DNA of 64,000 bases from a virus: the IMG/VR virus record IMGVR_UViG_3300029571_000009, positions 1 through 64,000 of that record. The stretch is one strand, 5' to 3'. This document shows, one piece after another, positions 9,915-19,524 of this stretch. The notes under the pieces are model-generated. The model saw only the letters and a program-made list of their open reading frames with translations, was not told where the DNA came from and ran no database searches. Every line of letters begins with the position of its first letter. Within the stretch, counting starts at the first letter, position 1. The translations under genes were made by a program, and so were the position numbers.

Positions 9915-10442
9915 TCATTCCATATATAACTCCTCAAATACAATTTGTTTAGGTAATAATTTATAGCACCAATAAGCACTCATAAAAGTGATTTTATTTT
10001 GAATAACACCATTATTTAAAAATTTCATTCTCTTGTTAAAAGATAATATTTGTAATTCTTTATCTTTAAACAAATGATATGGAGCTGCATCATTCCACCA
10101 AGTATTGGGTGCAATAAGCGCAAATGGTTTGCCAAAACTTAATGCTCTTTCAAAGATTTTTCTTTTATTAGTAAATGGTGGATTAGACACAATACAATCC
10201 CAGTTCTCATCAGGTTCATATGTATAGAAGTCTTGTCCATTATCTATATGAGTAGCGATTACTTTGTGACCTGCTTCTCTAATTTGTTTAACAAATTCAC
10301 TATTTTCCATGTCAAATGGACACCAAACCGTTGCTTCTTTTGGTATATATTTTACTATCGGTTTAACACCGTAATTTGGTGTCATACATTCGTCATTGTT
10401 TCCTTTGCTATATAATACTTCTTGACTATTAATCTTTGTCAT
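9915..10442 (-). CDS. small phage-type N6-adenine DNA methyltransferase
   Basis: catalytic motif SNPPF with upstream AdoMet-binding-like region; 175 aa, consistent with small phage Dam-like enzymes. Confidence 0.6.
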   Translation of the reverse strand: MTKINSQEVLYSKGNNDECMTPNYGVKPIVKYIPKEATVWCPFDMENSEFVKQIREAGHKVIATHIDNGQDFYTYEPDENWDCIVSNPPFTNKRKIFERALSFGKPFALIAPNTWWNDAAPYHLFKDKELQILSFNKRMKFLNNGVIQNKITFMSAYWCYKLLPKQIVFEELYME

Positions 10443-10590
10443 TTTTCAAAAAGGTACAACGTTGTTTTATTCTTGCAAGAAACCTATACCTTTCTTAATA
10501 TTTTTTGTAATTACATTTATATATTCTTTTAATTCTTGTTGTCTCCAACCTCTGAAGCCTTGATTTTAGGGAATTTCAGAGATTGAGATT

Positions 10591-11421
10591 TTAATAATTT
10601 GTGATTAATACCTCACAATCGGCACTCTTGTCCTTTTTCTGATAATTGCAGTTGCTATAATCATGCTTTAAATAATGAACTATGTATTTATCTTTCCATT
10701 TATCAAGTAATGGATTGTCATATTTGAGATTATTACTTAATGCAAACTTAACACCTTTATCATTCAACATATCAAGAGTCTCTAGTAATTTATTCTCCAT
10801 TTCTTCTGTCCAGCCACCGTTTTCATTGTATGTAGCAACAGAATTGAAATATGGTGGATCTGCATAAACAAAATCGCCTTCCGTAAAATCGGAAAAATCA
10901 AATCTCTCAAATGGAATATTTAAGAAACTACAGTCTATTTCATTTAGCCGCTTATGAAAATCTATAAATTTTTGTCTAAGAGTGGGATTAAAACTTGACC
11001 TATCTTTACCAAAAGGCATATTGTATTCACCTTTGGAATTGAATCTGATTTGATTATTGAACGCATAACATAAAAGCGTATAGAATTTAATTGGGTCTTT
11101 AATACCTGTGTTATATTCTTCTCTAAACAGTAAATATCCTTCTTTGTTTTCTTTAGTTAATCCATACTTATTAATATATGAATCAATCTTATGTAATACT
11201 TCTTCAATATTTGAACCTTGTAAATATCTTAGAAAACCAACTACCTGTTCACATATATCATTGTAGATAATGTGATCAGCCTTTACATTAATACCAACAT
11301 TAAAACCTCCACCAAATAAATCCACGAAAGTATTTATCTTATCTGGAAACATCGGTATAATGATTGGTAGTAACTTATACTTGCCACCTACATAATTAAG
11401 TGGACTCTTTATATTACTCAA
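10591..11421 (-). CDS. DNA adenine methyltransferase, D12 (Dam) class
   Basis: NYVGGKYKLL, DLFGGG and DPPY motifs in D12-class order. Confidence 0.8.
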   Translation of the reverse strand: MSNIKSPLNYVGGKYKLLPIIIPMFPDKINTFVDLFGGGFNVGINVKADHIIYNDICEQVVGFLRYLQGSNIEEVLHKIDSYINKYGLTKENKEGYLLFREEYNTGIKDPIKFYTLLCYAFNNQIRFNSKGEYNMPFGKDRSSFNPTLRQKFIDFHKRLNEIDCSFLNIPFERFDFSDFTEGDFVYADPPYFNSVATYNENGGWTEEMENKLLETLDMLNDKGVKFALSNNLKYDNPLLDKWKDKYIVHYLKHDYSNCNYQKKDKSADCEVLITNY

Positions 11422-11594
11422 TTTTTGTTCACCAATAGTAGCTGCGCAGCTTTACTCACATGTGAACATTTTCCTTTCTTTAATTGTACTTATATTGTTA
11501 TATTCTCTTGTTTTGTCCTGAATATTGTATAATTTTCGTGACAAGCCAAGAAACCAAAATTTCTTCTTGTTTTATTCTTTACCTACTTGTTATT

Positions 11595-12101
11595 TTAATA
11601 TGGATTGACTTTAATGATTTCTTTTCCAACCTTTTCAGCATACTTAACACAATTTGCAGTACCACCTTTTGTGCCATCCCAAACCGCAATAACTTTATCT
11701 GCCAAATCAACCATATATTCATTTCTTTTCTGCATTAGCCAAGGCTTATATTCTTCATCAGATACCAACTTCACTGTATCTGCTTTTGAAAGAATATCGT
11801 TATATTGGTCAATACTTTCCTTAATCCATTTACAAGAATGATTCTTACGAGGAATTGCACAATGTAATTTAATGTCATAACCTTCGTCTTTGAGTTCTAA
11901 TACTGCCAATGCAAATACTGTATCAACTCCAAGAGCCATTCCTGTAATCGCTTCTGTACAATTATTCTCTTTTAGAATTGATTTAAACTGTTTTTTTAAG
12001 TTCTGCCAACGTAGATCAGATAAGTTGTAACCATATAATTTACTTGGTCTGTGACCTGTTACACATATTTTCATATTTTGTCCTTTCACGGTTGGATTCA
12101 C
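11595..12101 (-). CDS. SLOG-superfamily protein, YpsA/DUF1273-like (predicted nucleotide-binding)
   Basis: N-terminal ICVTGHRP motif and Rossmann-like GxALGVD pattern; sits next to the NAD module. Confidence 0.45.
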   Translation of the reverse strand: MNPTVKGQNMKICVTGHRPSKLYGYNLSDLRWQNLKKQFKSILKENNCTEAITGMALGVDTVFALAVLELKDEGYDIKLHCAIPRKNHSCKWIKESIDQYNDILSKADTVKLVSDEEYKPWLMQKRNEYMVDLADKVIAVWDGTKGGTANCVKYAEKVGKEIIKVNPY

Positions 12102-12388
12102 TTCTCAACCTCAATACTTTTTAAGCTGCCAAGAATGTTCATTGATTGTAGATACAACTTTTTTGTTACAATTTTAATGGCTTTTTCTAGCACTTCATCG
12201 TATGTTATGTATCTCAAATCAATTTTGGTTCTATCATTATCTCTATATATCTTAGGAAGAAAGTATAGATAAGCATAATCAACACCTACAAGCTGTGTAG
12301 TTAATTGAGCTACCAATTCTTCTCCAATATAGAAATCATATTCACCATATACCCATCTATTTTTTACTCTGTGCTTTCTTACTTCCAT
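12098..12388 (-). CDS. hypothetical protein
   Basis: 96 aa ORF. Confidence 0.4.
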   Translation of the reverse strand: MEVRKHRVKNRWVYGEYDFYIGEELVAQLTTQLVGVDYAYLYFLPKIYRDNDRTKIDLRYITYDEVLEKAIKIVTKKLYLQSMNILGSLKSIEVEK

Positions 12389-12423
12389 AATCCTTCCTTC
12401 CTAATGAAATATCGCATTCATTT

Positions 12424-12756
12424 TTATTTTAGTCTGTTCTTATATCGCTCAATACCATATCTTTCAAGCGAACTACTTGTCATAGTAGCCATTTCCACGT
12501 TTGTATTTAACAGAATTGACAACACAAGTGGAAGCTCATCGATCAGAATATTTTTATCTCTTTTCATTGCATCAATATCAGCAAATTCATATGCAGAATA
12601 AATCTTAACCTCTTTATCAGTAATTCTTTCTGCTAAATCACAAAGATACTGTTTCATACTCTCCGTTCCTACGATAATTGGATATCCCGTCTCTACTGCT
12701 TTCATAATAAGTCTTGTTGATTTACCGTATCCTCTTGGTACATTTAAAATTTCCAT
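12424..12756 (-). CDS. hypothetical small P-loop-like protein
   Basis: Walker-A-like GYGKST near the N-terminus; 110 aa. Confidence 0.35.
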   Translation of the reverse strand: MEILNVPRGYGKSTRLIMKAVETGYPIIVGTESMKQYLCDLAERITDKEVKIYSAYEFADIDAMKRDKNILIDELPLVLSILLNTNVEMATMTSSSLERYGIERYKNRLK

Positions 12757-12777
12757 GTGTATATTCTCCTATCGTTT

Positions 12778-13521
12778 TTAGAAATTTGGATAGAATGAAG
12801 GCATAAGCTGAAGCTTGAATAAATTCTTCTCATGCATTGAATCAATCTTCGCTTTTACATCCTCATCATTAATCTCTCCTGTTCTGATATACCTATCAAG
12901 AGTGTCATAAGTGAATCCAAGGTTGTCCTCGTCAGTCTTTCCACAAAGACCGTCAGTAGGTGTCTTATCTACTAACTCAGATGGAAGTCCTAATTCACGA
13001 CCAATCGCCTTAACTTCCGAAACTGTGAGCTGCGATAGTGGACTGAAATCACCTGCTGCGTCTCCATATCTGGTAGCATATCCTACCCAATCCTCTGAAA
13101 GATTACATGTATTTGCAACACGACCATTGATTGTCTGAGATACTGCATAAAGTGTAGCCATTCTGATACGAGCAGGAAGGTTTGTTGTTGTTTGTATAGA
13201 TAAATTTTCGTCTAATGATGTTTTAATTTCATATTCAGCAACATTAACAATTGTTCCAATTGGAATGATCGTTCGAGGAATATCTAAAAAGTTGCATAGC
13301 ATATGACTATATTCGATATCAGATTGTCTTCCCTGCGGCATAAGTACACCAAACACTCTATCTTTCCCAAGAGCTTCTACACACAGAGCAGCTACAACGC
13401 TTGAGTCCTTACCTCCTGAAATTCCAACTACTGCATTACAATCCTTACCATTCTTATCAAACCAATCTCTGATCCACTGTACTACTTCGTTCTTTACTGT
13501 CTTTACATCAAAATTACTCAT
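12778..13521 (-). CDS. nadE: NH3-dependent NAD+ synthetase
   Basis: PP-loop signature GISGGKDSS; 247 aa, typical NadE size and layout. Confidence 0.8.
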   Translation of the reverse strand: MSNFDVKTVKNEVVQWIRDWFDKNGKDCNAVVGISGGKDSSVVAALCVEALGKDRVFGVLMPQGRQSDIEYSHMLCNFLDIPRTIIPIGTIVNVAEYEIKTSLDENLSIQTTTNLPARIRMATLYAVSQTINGRVANTCNLSEDWVGYATRYGDAAGDFSPLSQLTVSEVKAIGRELGLPSELVDKTPTDGLCGKTDEDNLGFTYDTLDRYIRTGEINDEDVKAKIDSMHEKNLFKLQLMPSFYPNF

Positions 13522-13960
13522 GTTTTATCTCTCCTTTTTCAATCTTCTCAATCAATGTAAGTAATTCATTGTATACCTGAATTAAACCGCCTCTGTCATC
13601 AATATAAACATTTGCATATATTTTTCTACCTGCAAAAGCTACAGATGCGTCACAATTGATACCTCTATACTTGATATTGTTGTCCTTTAGATACTGCTCA
13701 ATCATTCCGTATTTATCTTCACCATTCCCAGTAAAAATAATTATCTCTGAATAATTCTCCCATCTTTGTAAAAGATTAATGACATTCTCATATGTCCTAC
13801 CCTTCTTATGGAAATCATAAATCGTATCATCGAAATCTACACAAAAGATAAGCCTGCCATATTTCTTAAATTCTTCCTCTAATCTATTGTAGGAATTATT
13901 GGCTTGAAGATAAAAATCCATATTACTTTCCTCCATACATTCTGTTCCTAATGTCCTCAA
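13514..13960 (-). CDS. HAD-superfamily phosphatase (possible nucleotidase)
   Basis: HAD motif I CVDFDDTIYD. Confidence 0.5.
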   Translation of the reverse strand: MRTLGTECMEESNMDFYLQANNSYNRLEEEFKKYGRLIFCVDFDDTIYDFHKKGRTYENVINLLQRWENYSEIIIFTGNGEDKYGMIEQYLKDNNIKYRGINCDASVAFAGRKIYANVYIDDRGGLIQVYNELLTLIEKIEKGEIKHE

Positions 13961-15383
13961 ATGTATCCTCTCTTACTAATTCTCCATTCTTGAATACAGT
14001 TGTAAGCAAACTATCTTCATTCATATCGAGTAACTGATCCTGACACTTCAGTTCTCCATCTTCTTCATATACTTTGCAACACCCCTTATGAGATTTCTTT
14101 AAATGGCTTGTATCAGTCTTCGGATCTTTGAAGATCATAAGCCTCTTACCATCAATAACTCCATAAGTAGCCTTCATTGCAATTCCAAAAGTATCTCTTG
14201 TAACAACAATCATCTTTCCATTCTCGACAATAGCTGTAAAACAAAATGCACCTACACCATAAGCAATGTTATTAGCTGCAAATCCACGCCTTTCTAACTC
14301 TCTCCAAATAGTCTCTACATTAGAAAGAGTACATCCGTCACCATAGATAATACCAATATGAGGATCTAACACCTTATAACCCTTACCGTTGATAGAACCA
14401 CCAAAGATATCCCATAATCTTTCTACTGTCTTAACTGAAATCTCTACAATATCACCACTGTCAGGACGAACAAGCAACTTGCCATTGTGATTCATAATCT
14501 CTTCCTTACACTGTGGAAGAATATTGTTTACCATATTCCAATAATCATAGGTATCTGAAACCATACTAAATGAAGTATTTGGATATAATTCTGTAAGTAA
14601 TCTCTTAACGAATGTAATCTCATCACCATCAATTGAGTAATTTGCTCCCATTACGGAATGCTCTGTTGATACTGCACCAATTCCAATACCACTATTCTTA
14701 CAATCAGCATTGTAATATTTATCAATATATGTAATGGCAGGAATAGTTGAAGTCTTATTGAAAGATAATAACCATGAAGCAGAACATCTTGTAGCTTCGT
14801 CCATACAAGACATACCTCTCATACCAAAATCGGCACAAGCCATATTGCCAGGTAAACCGTCTGTTGTTTTGTTATACCAATAATCTGCAATCTCACGATA
14901 CATATGACCAATAGTTGCGTGACAGCAAGGCTTCCATAATTCAACCTGAAGGATACACTCAATCCACTGAACAAGCCATGCAAATTTGTCATCTGTATTG
15001 GTAATTTCAATACAAGGAACTCCCATTGGTACAAGTGTTCCCTCTGGTAAAGCTCTAATTTTAAGTGGCAGATAACCAAGTCTGTGAAGTTCTACAATCT
15101 TCTCTAAGTCGTAATTATCTCTGCCAATCTGCACATCCATTGAATCTGTATAAAGAGATAACATCTCATTCTCTGATAATTCAAAGAAATTCTTCTGGAA
15201 ATATCCCATTAGATATTCCTTAATAAAAGCCTGTAATCCGAAGAAAACCATATGATTCTGATTTTCCAACATTGATTTACGAGGCACCCAATATGAGACT
15301 AACTTAGTTAATCCCTTTGGGTACATACGATCATGACACTGCTTATAAGTATCACTAAGTAATAAAGCCATTGTGTTATCCAT
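13923..15383 (-). CDS. nicotinamide phosphoribosyltransferase-like enzyme (NadV/NAMPT family; alternatively a Namat-type nicotinamide ADP-ribose transferase)
   Basis: about 486 aa; N-terminus MDNTMALLLSDTYKQCHDRMYP is typical of the NAMPT family; start moved to the internal ATG at 15383, which has a GGAGG RBS and avoids overlapping the upstream gene. Confidence 0.75.
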   Translation of the reverse strand: MDNTMALLLSDTYKQCHDRMYPKGLTKLVSYWVPRKSMLENQNHMVFFGLQAFIKEYLMGYFQKNFFELSENEMLSLYTDSMDVQIGRDNYDLEKIVELHRLGYLPLKIRALPEGTLVPMGVPCIEITNTDDKFAWLVQWIECILQVELWKPCCHATIGHMYREIADYWYNKTTDGLPGNMACADFGMRGMSCMDEATRCSASWLLSFNKTSTIPAITYIDKYYNADCKNSGIGIGAVSTEHSVMGANYSIDGDEITFVKRLLTELYPNTSFSMVSDTYDYWNMVNNILPQCKEEIMNHNGKLLVRPDSGDIVEISVKTVERLWDIFGGSINGKGYKVLDPHIGIIYGDGCTLSNVETIWRELERRGFAANNIAYGVGAFCFTAIVENGKMIVVTRDTFGIAMKATYGVIDGKRLMIFKDPKTDTSHLKKSHKGCCKVYEEDGELKCQDQLLDMNEDSLLTTVFKNGELVREDTFEDIRNRMYGGK

Positions 15384-15387
15384 AATT

Positions 15388-16224
15388 TTAAACCTCCATA
15401 ACTGTAATCTTTTCATGACTACCATTAAACAAACTGTTTGTAGTAAATAATCTGTTCACTGTATTATTCTCCAAAGACTTGATCAACGTTCCTTTTTCTT
15501 TATCAAGAATTGAATTCTCTGTATGTGTTGCATACGCATAAATCTCAGTTACACCATGTTTCTTTAATTCTTCTGCGCTATAATAAAGTGAACCGCCATA
15601 TGCGATAATATCATCAATCATTAACACAGCTTTGTCCTTCAAATCAATACCATTTGTTATAATGTCTAATCCAAGGATTTTGCCAGTCTTCCAATCTCTT
15701 TTCTTTTCACCATAACAATATGGTAACTCAGGGAATAAATCTGAATATCTCTTAGCTGCACCTGCGTCTGGGAAATAAAGTACAAGATTTCTCATGCCAA
15801 TCTTTGAAATAGCTTTATCAACATACTCTTTTGGATTTTCTTTTACACAATTATTGAGTAATGCAGTAGAAACATCGCTATGAGCATCTAAAACATAAAC
15901 TGATGAAAATCCTAACCAATTGATAAAATCGCAAAAATACTTCAATGTGAATACTTCATCATCATTTTTTACTCTATCCATTCGTGCATTAGGAATATAT
16001 GGAAGATATAAATAATAATCCACATTAGTAAAAAATCTTTCAAGATGTTTCCTTACTAACATCAGATAAAACATCTCATCGTTACTCTCATAAATCCATT
16101 CAATCCAAATGCAAGGAGAGCCATCATAAGTGTCTTCCTCAATGTTGTTTGTATCAATATTTACTCTTGGTGTTCCATCTGGGAACTTGTTGATTGCTAC
16201 AATTTCACCATTAATTTTAATCAT
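15388..16224 (-). CDS. ribose-phosphate pyrophosphokinase-like (Prs; alternatively an Adps-type ADP-ribose pyrophosphokinase)
   Basis: FPDGTPRVNI (Prs N-terminal motif) and PRTase-type DDIIAYGGSL; 5 nt upstream of the NAMPT-like gene. Confidence 0.7.
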   Translation of the reverse strand: MIKINGEIVAINKFPDGTPRVNIDTNNIEEDTYDGSPCIWIEWIYESNDEMFYLMLVRKHLERFFTNVDYYLYLPYIPNARMDRVKNDDEVFTLKYFCDFINWLGFSSVYVLDAHSDVSTALLNNCVKENPKEYVDKAISKIGMRNLVLYFPDAGAAKRYSDLFPELPYCYGEKKRDWKTGKILGLDIITNGIDLKDKAVLMIDDIIAYGGSLYYSAEELKKHGVTEIYAYATHTENSILDKEKGTLIKSLENNTVNRLFTTNSLFNGSHEKITVMEV

Positions 16225-16227
16225 ATT

Positions 16228-16740
16228 CTACTCTCCAATCACGTTAATCTGACACATCTTCATTGTCTCTAATGCAGCCTTATGCGTCTCAGGTGTAACA
16301 CCTGCACAGCAACTTGCATCCACTGTAATATCAATATTAGGATAATTTGCTCTAATCATAAGTGCATTTGACACTACACAAATGTCTGTACAAAGACCAC
16401 AAACTTCTACTTCTGTAAAATCAAAATCATCCCAATGTGTCCATCCGAAAGTCGGCTTATCAATAACTACGTCATTCTCAATATCAAAATCTAACTTATC
16501 TGAAATCTGCCATCCGATTGTATTTTTTACACAATGGACAACTGGGAGATGCTTTCCTTCATATGTTTCTAAATAATTATTTGGGTGTGTATCTCTTGTA
16601 AAAATTACACTATCACCATTTTCTCTGTACTCCTTGATTTTCTTTGCCACATTAAGTACAATACTCTGTGCTTCATTTGTGCCAAGTGAGCCATCAATAA
16701 AGTCATTCTGCATATCAATTACAATTAGTGTTTTACTCAT
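16228..16740 (-). CDS. pncA: nicotinamidase / isochorismatase-family hydrolase
   Basis: LIVIDMQNDF motif and catalytic Cys context EVCGLCTDICV. Confidence 0.65.
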   Translation of the reverse strand: MSKTLIVIDMQNDFIDGSLGTNEAQSIVLNVAKKIKEYRENGDSVIFTRDTHPNNYLETYEGKHLPVVHCVKNTIGWQISDKLDFDIENDVVIDKPTFGWTHWDDFDFTEVEVCGLCTDICVVSNALMIRANYPNIDITVDASCCAGVTPETHKAALETMKMCQINVIGE

Positions 16741-16828
16741 AATGTTTTTCCTTTCTATACTATATCTTGTTATTATTATTTTATCTAACCAGTATATGTA
16801 GTGTTAAACTTACCATGAAATGTCGGTT

Positions 16829-17173
16829 TCAATTCTCGTCATCTTGAAATGCTTTTATTCTATTTTCAAGATAATCTATCTCATCTTTCCAATGCTCAAC
16901 TAACATATCTTCAATCTGTTGTTTTGCATCTTCTATGCTATCAGCAATAATTGTGTCATATTCTACATTTAATTCTTCTGAAACATAAATATAAACATTC
17001 TCATCCGTTTCATCTTGAACAAATCCAGCTACTACATTCTCATTTTCTTCTTCATAGAACTGACTGAAATGTAGTTTATAACATTCTTTGCCAAATTCGT
17101 TTTTCTCTCCTACTTCCCAATATTTATTCATAAACACCTCACAATTAATTATTCTCTTCATATTTCTGATCAA
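16829..17173 (-). CDS. hypothetical acidic protein
   Basis: 114 aa ORF. Confidence 0.45.
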   Translation of the reverse strand: MIRNMKRIINCEVFMNKYWEVGEKNEFGKECYKLHFSQFYEEENENVVAGFVQDETDENVYIYVSEELNVEYDTIIADSIEDAKQQIEDMLVEHWKDEIDYLENRIKAFQDDEN

Positions 17174-17369
17174 ATAAGATCATTACAAAAGTAAAAGTGA
17201 ATATACCTAAAACAATACCACCAACTAAGGCAATTGATTGTGGCAGGAATAAAGATAGTAAAAGACTAAATCCTAAAACTAATCCAATTGCCATAGCACA
17301 TATAATTGCAACTACTAATAATACAGTACAAGTCATTTTAAACGCTTCCTTCAAGTTATCACCTCCCAA
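17145..17369 (-). CDS. small membrane protein (two TM helices)
   Basis: two hydrophobic helices: LVVAIICAMAIGLVLGFSLLLSLFL and IALVGGIVLGIFTFTFVMILF. Confidence 0.45.
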   Translation of the reverse strand: MGGDNLKEAFKMTCTVLLVVAIICAMAIGLVLGFSLLLSLFLPQSIALVGGIVLGIFTFTFVMILFDQKYEENN

Positions 17370-17398
17370 TGAAAGACAGGGTTCTTGTCAAATTTTTA

Positions 17399-17740
17399 TT
17401 ATTCATATGCTGTCATTTCTATAAAATTCTCATTCAAATCAAATACAATAGCTGCTTGACAATAAGTACCACCAATAATTAATTCTTTTACATTAGGATT
17501 CCATGTTTTCTCTTCGTACTTGATTTTCCATTTATCTAACCAATTCTTCCATTGAATGTAATCTGATACACATTTTTGACTGCCAAGAATTTGCATCACA
17601 TCAGACTTTCTTACAAAGCCCATTTCAGATGGTAGCTTGGACAATTCTTTTCGTAATACTGCTTTATCAATTAATTGTCCCATATGGTTATTCTCCTTCT
17701 CTACGAGTATATGGTTCACAAAACTCCAACATTTCTTCAT
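17399..17740 (-). CDS. hypothetical protein
   Basis: 113 aa ORF. Confidence 0.45.
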   Translation of the reverse strand: MKKCWSFVNHILVEKENNHMGQLIDKAVLRKELSKLPSEMGFVRKSDVMQILGSQKCVSDYIQWKNWLDKWKIKYEEKTWNPNVKELIIGGTYCQAAIVFDLNENFIEMTAYE

Positions 17741-18227
17741 TTATATGTCCTTCTTTAATAAGCTGTTCATACAAATCAATCCAACCTTGTGCAGATAGGT
17801 TATGATAATATCCAATACAGTTTCTCCAATGTTTACAATCAAATGTCGATGGATAAGTTTTAATTTCAATGTATGTTCTACACTTTTCATATAGATTCTT
17901 AGAATAACAATTTGACGCACTTTTAACATAACTATTACATTCAATAAAAGCTTCTGTTGGATCATACTTACTTCTCATGTCTGTTAATATTCTGTCATAT
18001 AATTCTGTCTTAGCGATATATATGCAATGGATTAGAAAATAGATATCATCATCTTCATATGAAGAACTTGTATAGAATATTTGATTGTGATTGACTTGTT
18101 TGTGAGTATCTTGTGGTGTAAACGTTGCTAAAACCTTTTCGATTTCTTCTTTGTGTTCCAAATAATTATCAATAGGATCTCTGATTAAATTACACTCAGC
18201 TCTATATCCTCGTTTATAATCTGACAT
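17688..18227 (-). CDS. hypothetical protein, paralog of 2210..2608
   Basis: shared N-terminal YKRGxRAxCNLIRDPxDNYxEHK block. Confidence 0.55.
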   Translation of the reverse strand: MSDYKRGYRAECNLIRDPIDNYLEHKEEIEKVLATFTPQDTHKQVNHNQIFYTSSSYEDDDIYFLIHCIYIAKTELYDRILTDMRSKYDPTEAFIECNSYVKSASNCYSKNLYEKCRTYIEIKTYPSTFDCKHWRNCIGYYHNLSAQGWIDLYEQLIKEGHINEEMLEFCEPYTRREGE

Positions 18228-18239
18228 ACTGTTATTCTC

Positions 18240-18452
18240 CTAATCAATTTCTTCAAATGCAACACTATTAAATTCCACATCTGGAAACTCTTTTATATAT
18301 ACAATTGTGTGCCAAGAATGAACTACAATATCTTCCAATGTATATTCTTTATCAACTTCCAATAAGTGATGATTTTCACCGCCACCACCCCATACGTCAT
18401 CATCGTTTCTAACACATTTAATTTTTCTTCGTTTTGTATTATAAATATCCAT
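18240..18452 (-). CDS. hypothetical protein
   Basis: 70 aa ORF. Confidence 0.4.
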   Translation of the reverse strand: MDIYNTKRRKIKCVRNDDDVWGGGGENHHLLEVDKEYTLEDIVVHSWHTIVYIKEFPDVEFNSVAFEEID

Positions 18453-18743
18453 TTAATTTCCACTCCTCTTCCAAACACCTATATATTCCTGTGACTCCTG
18501 TTTGAATCTTTTTAACATATCAATTAATGCATCTACTTCTGTCAAATCATTAAAAACAATCTCAACTGGATCTTTTTCTTTTAAATCCAATCTTTCTGCG
18601 TAAGGAAATGGTTTGATAAAACATTCAAATTTAATATCTCTGCCCTTATGTCTGAGTGTGATTTCATTAACATTTTCTTTGTCACCAATCTTCAATATTT
18701 TGCCTCCTTGTGAAATGCGAGTTTCATTTGAACTAAATCTCAA
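18453..18743 (-). CDS. hypothetical protein
   Basis: 96 aa ORF. Confidence 0.45.
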   Translation of the reverse strand: MRFSSNETRISQGGKILKIGDKENVNEITLRHKGRDIKFECFIKPFPYAERLDLKEKDPVEIVFNDLTEVDALIDMLKRFKQESQEYIGVWKRSGN

Positions 18744-19479
18744 ACAACTTCTCTACAGCTTTCTCACCTGTAACTCTATCTGACTTCTGTAACACTTTGC
18801 GTTCTTTCTGCCAGATACATTTAAAATCATCAGGCATATTATATTCACTTATCAACACTATATTATTTTCTGAAAGTTTACGAAGAAAATCGTAGAATTC
18901 GCTATAGTCGATTGACTGTTTAGAATACTGTTTTGTATTTTTATAAGGTGGATCGAAGTAAAAGAGGCAGTTCTTATAATCTGCAAAGTCTTTGTAATCA
19001 CAACATCTAAATTCAATATCATTTAAATCAGGAATTTGTGTTCTAAAATTCTTCAGTCTTTCATTATAAATACTTCTACCACCCTTAGAATCTCTGCCAT
19101 ATCCACCATCAAAATATCTGCCACCATAAGATGCACAATATCCAATAAGTGCTATATACTCTTTTGAATACTTATGTGTTCCAAGTTTTCTATCTTCTCT
19201 CACATCGGCATAATGTTCAAATGTACATACATCTGGTGCAATAGATAAATCATTATCAGACTGAGCATATTTCAATAAAGCAATTAGTTCTTCATTAATG
19301 TCAGCCCCTATCTTCTTATCACATTTAATCTTATCAATTAAATTCGCTCCACCAACCATAGGTTCTATGTAAGTTTTAATATTATTGTCATCAATATACT
19401 TCTGAATAATTGGCACTAAAAATTTTGCCAATCTATTTTTACTTCCTTGATATACCATTCCATTACCAGAAAGTGACAT
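18733..19479 (-). CDS. DNA adenine methyltransferase, D12 (Dam) class
   Basis: MVYQGSKNRL, EPMVGGAN and DPPYKNT motifs; close paralog of 25399..26124. Confidence 0.8.
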   Translation of the reverse strand: MSLSGNGMVYQGSKNRLAKFLVPIIQKYIDDNNIKTYIEPMVGGANLIDKIKCDKKIGADINEELIALLKYAQSDNDLSIAPDVCTFEHYADVREDRKLGTHKYSKEYIALIGYCASYGGRYFDGGYGRDSKGGRSIYNERLKNFRTQIPDLNDIEFRCCDYKDFADYKNCLFYFDPPYKNTKQYSKQSIDYSEFYDFLRKLSENNIVLISEYNMPDDFKCIWQKERKVLQKSDRVTGEKAVEKLFEI

Positions 19480-19524
19480 GTCCTTAGTAGCTACCTAACT
19501 TTTTCCTTTCTGTTTTAATATTTT

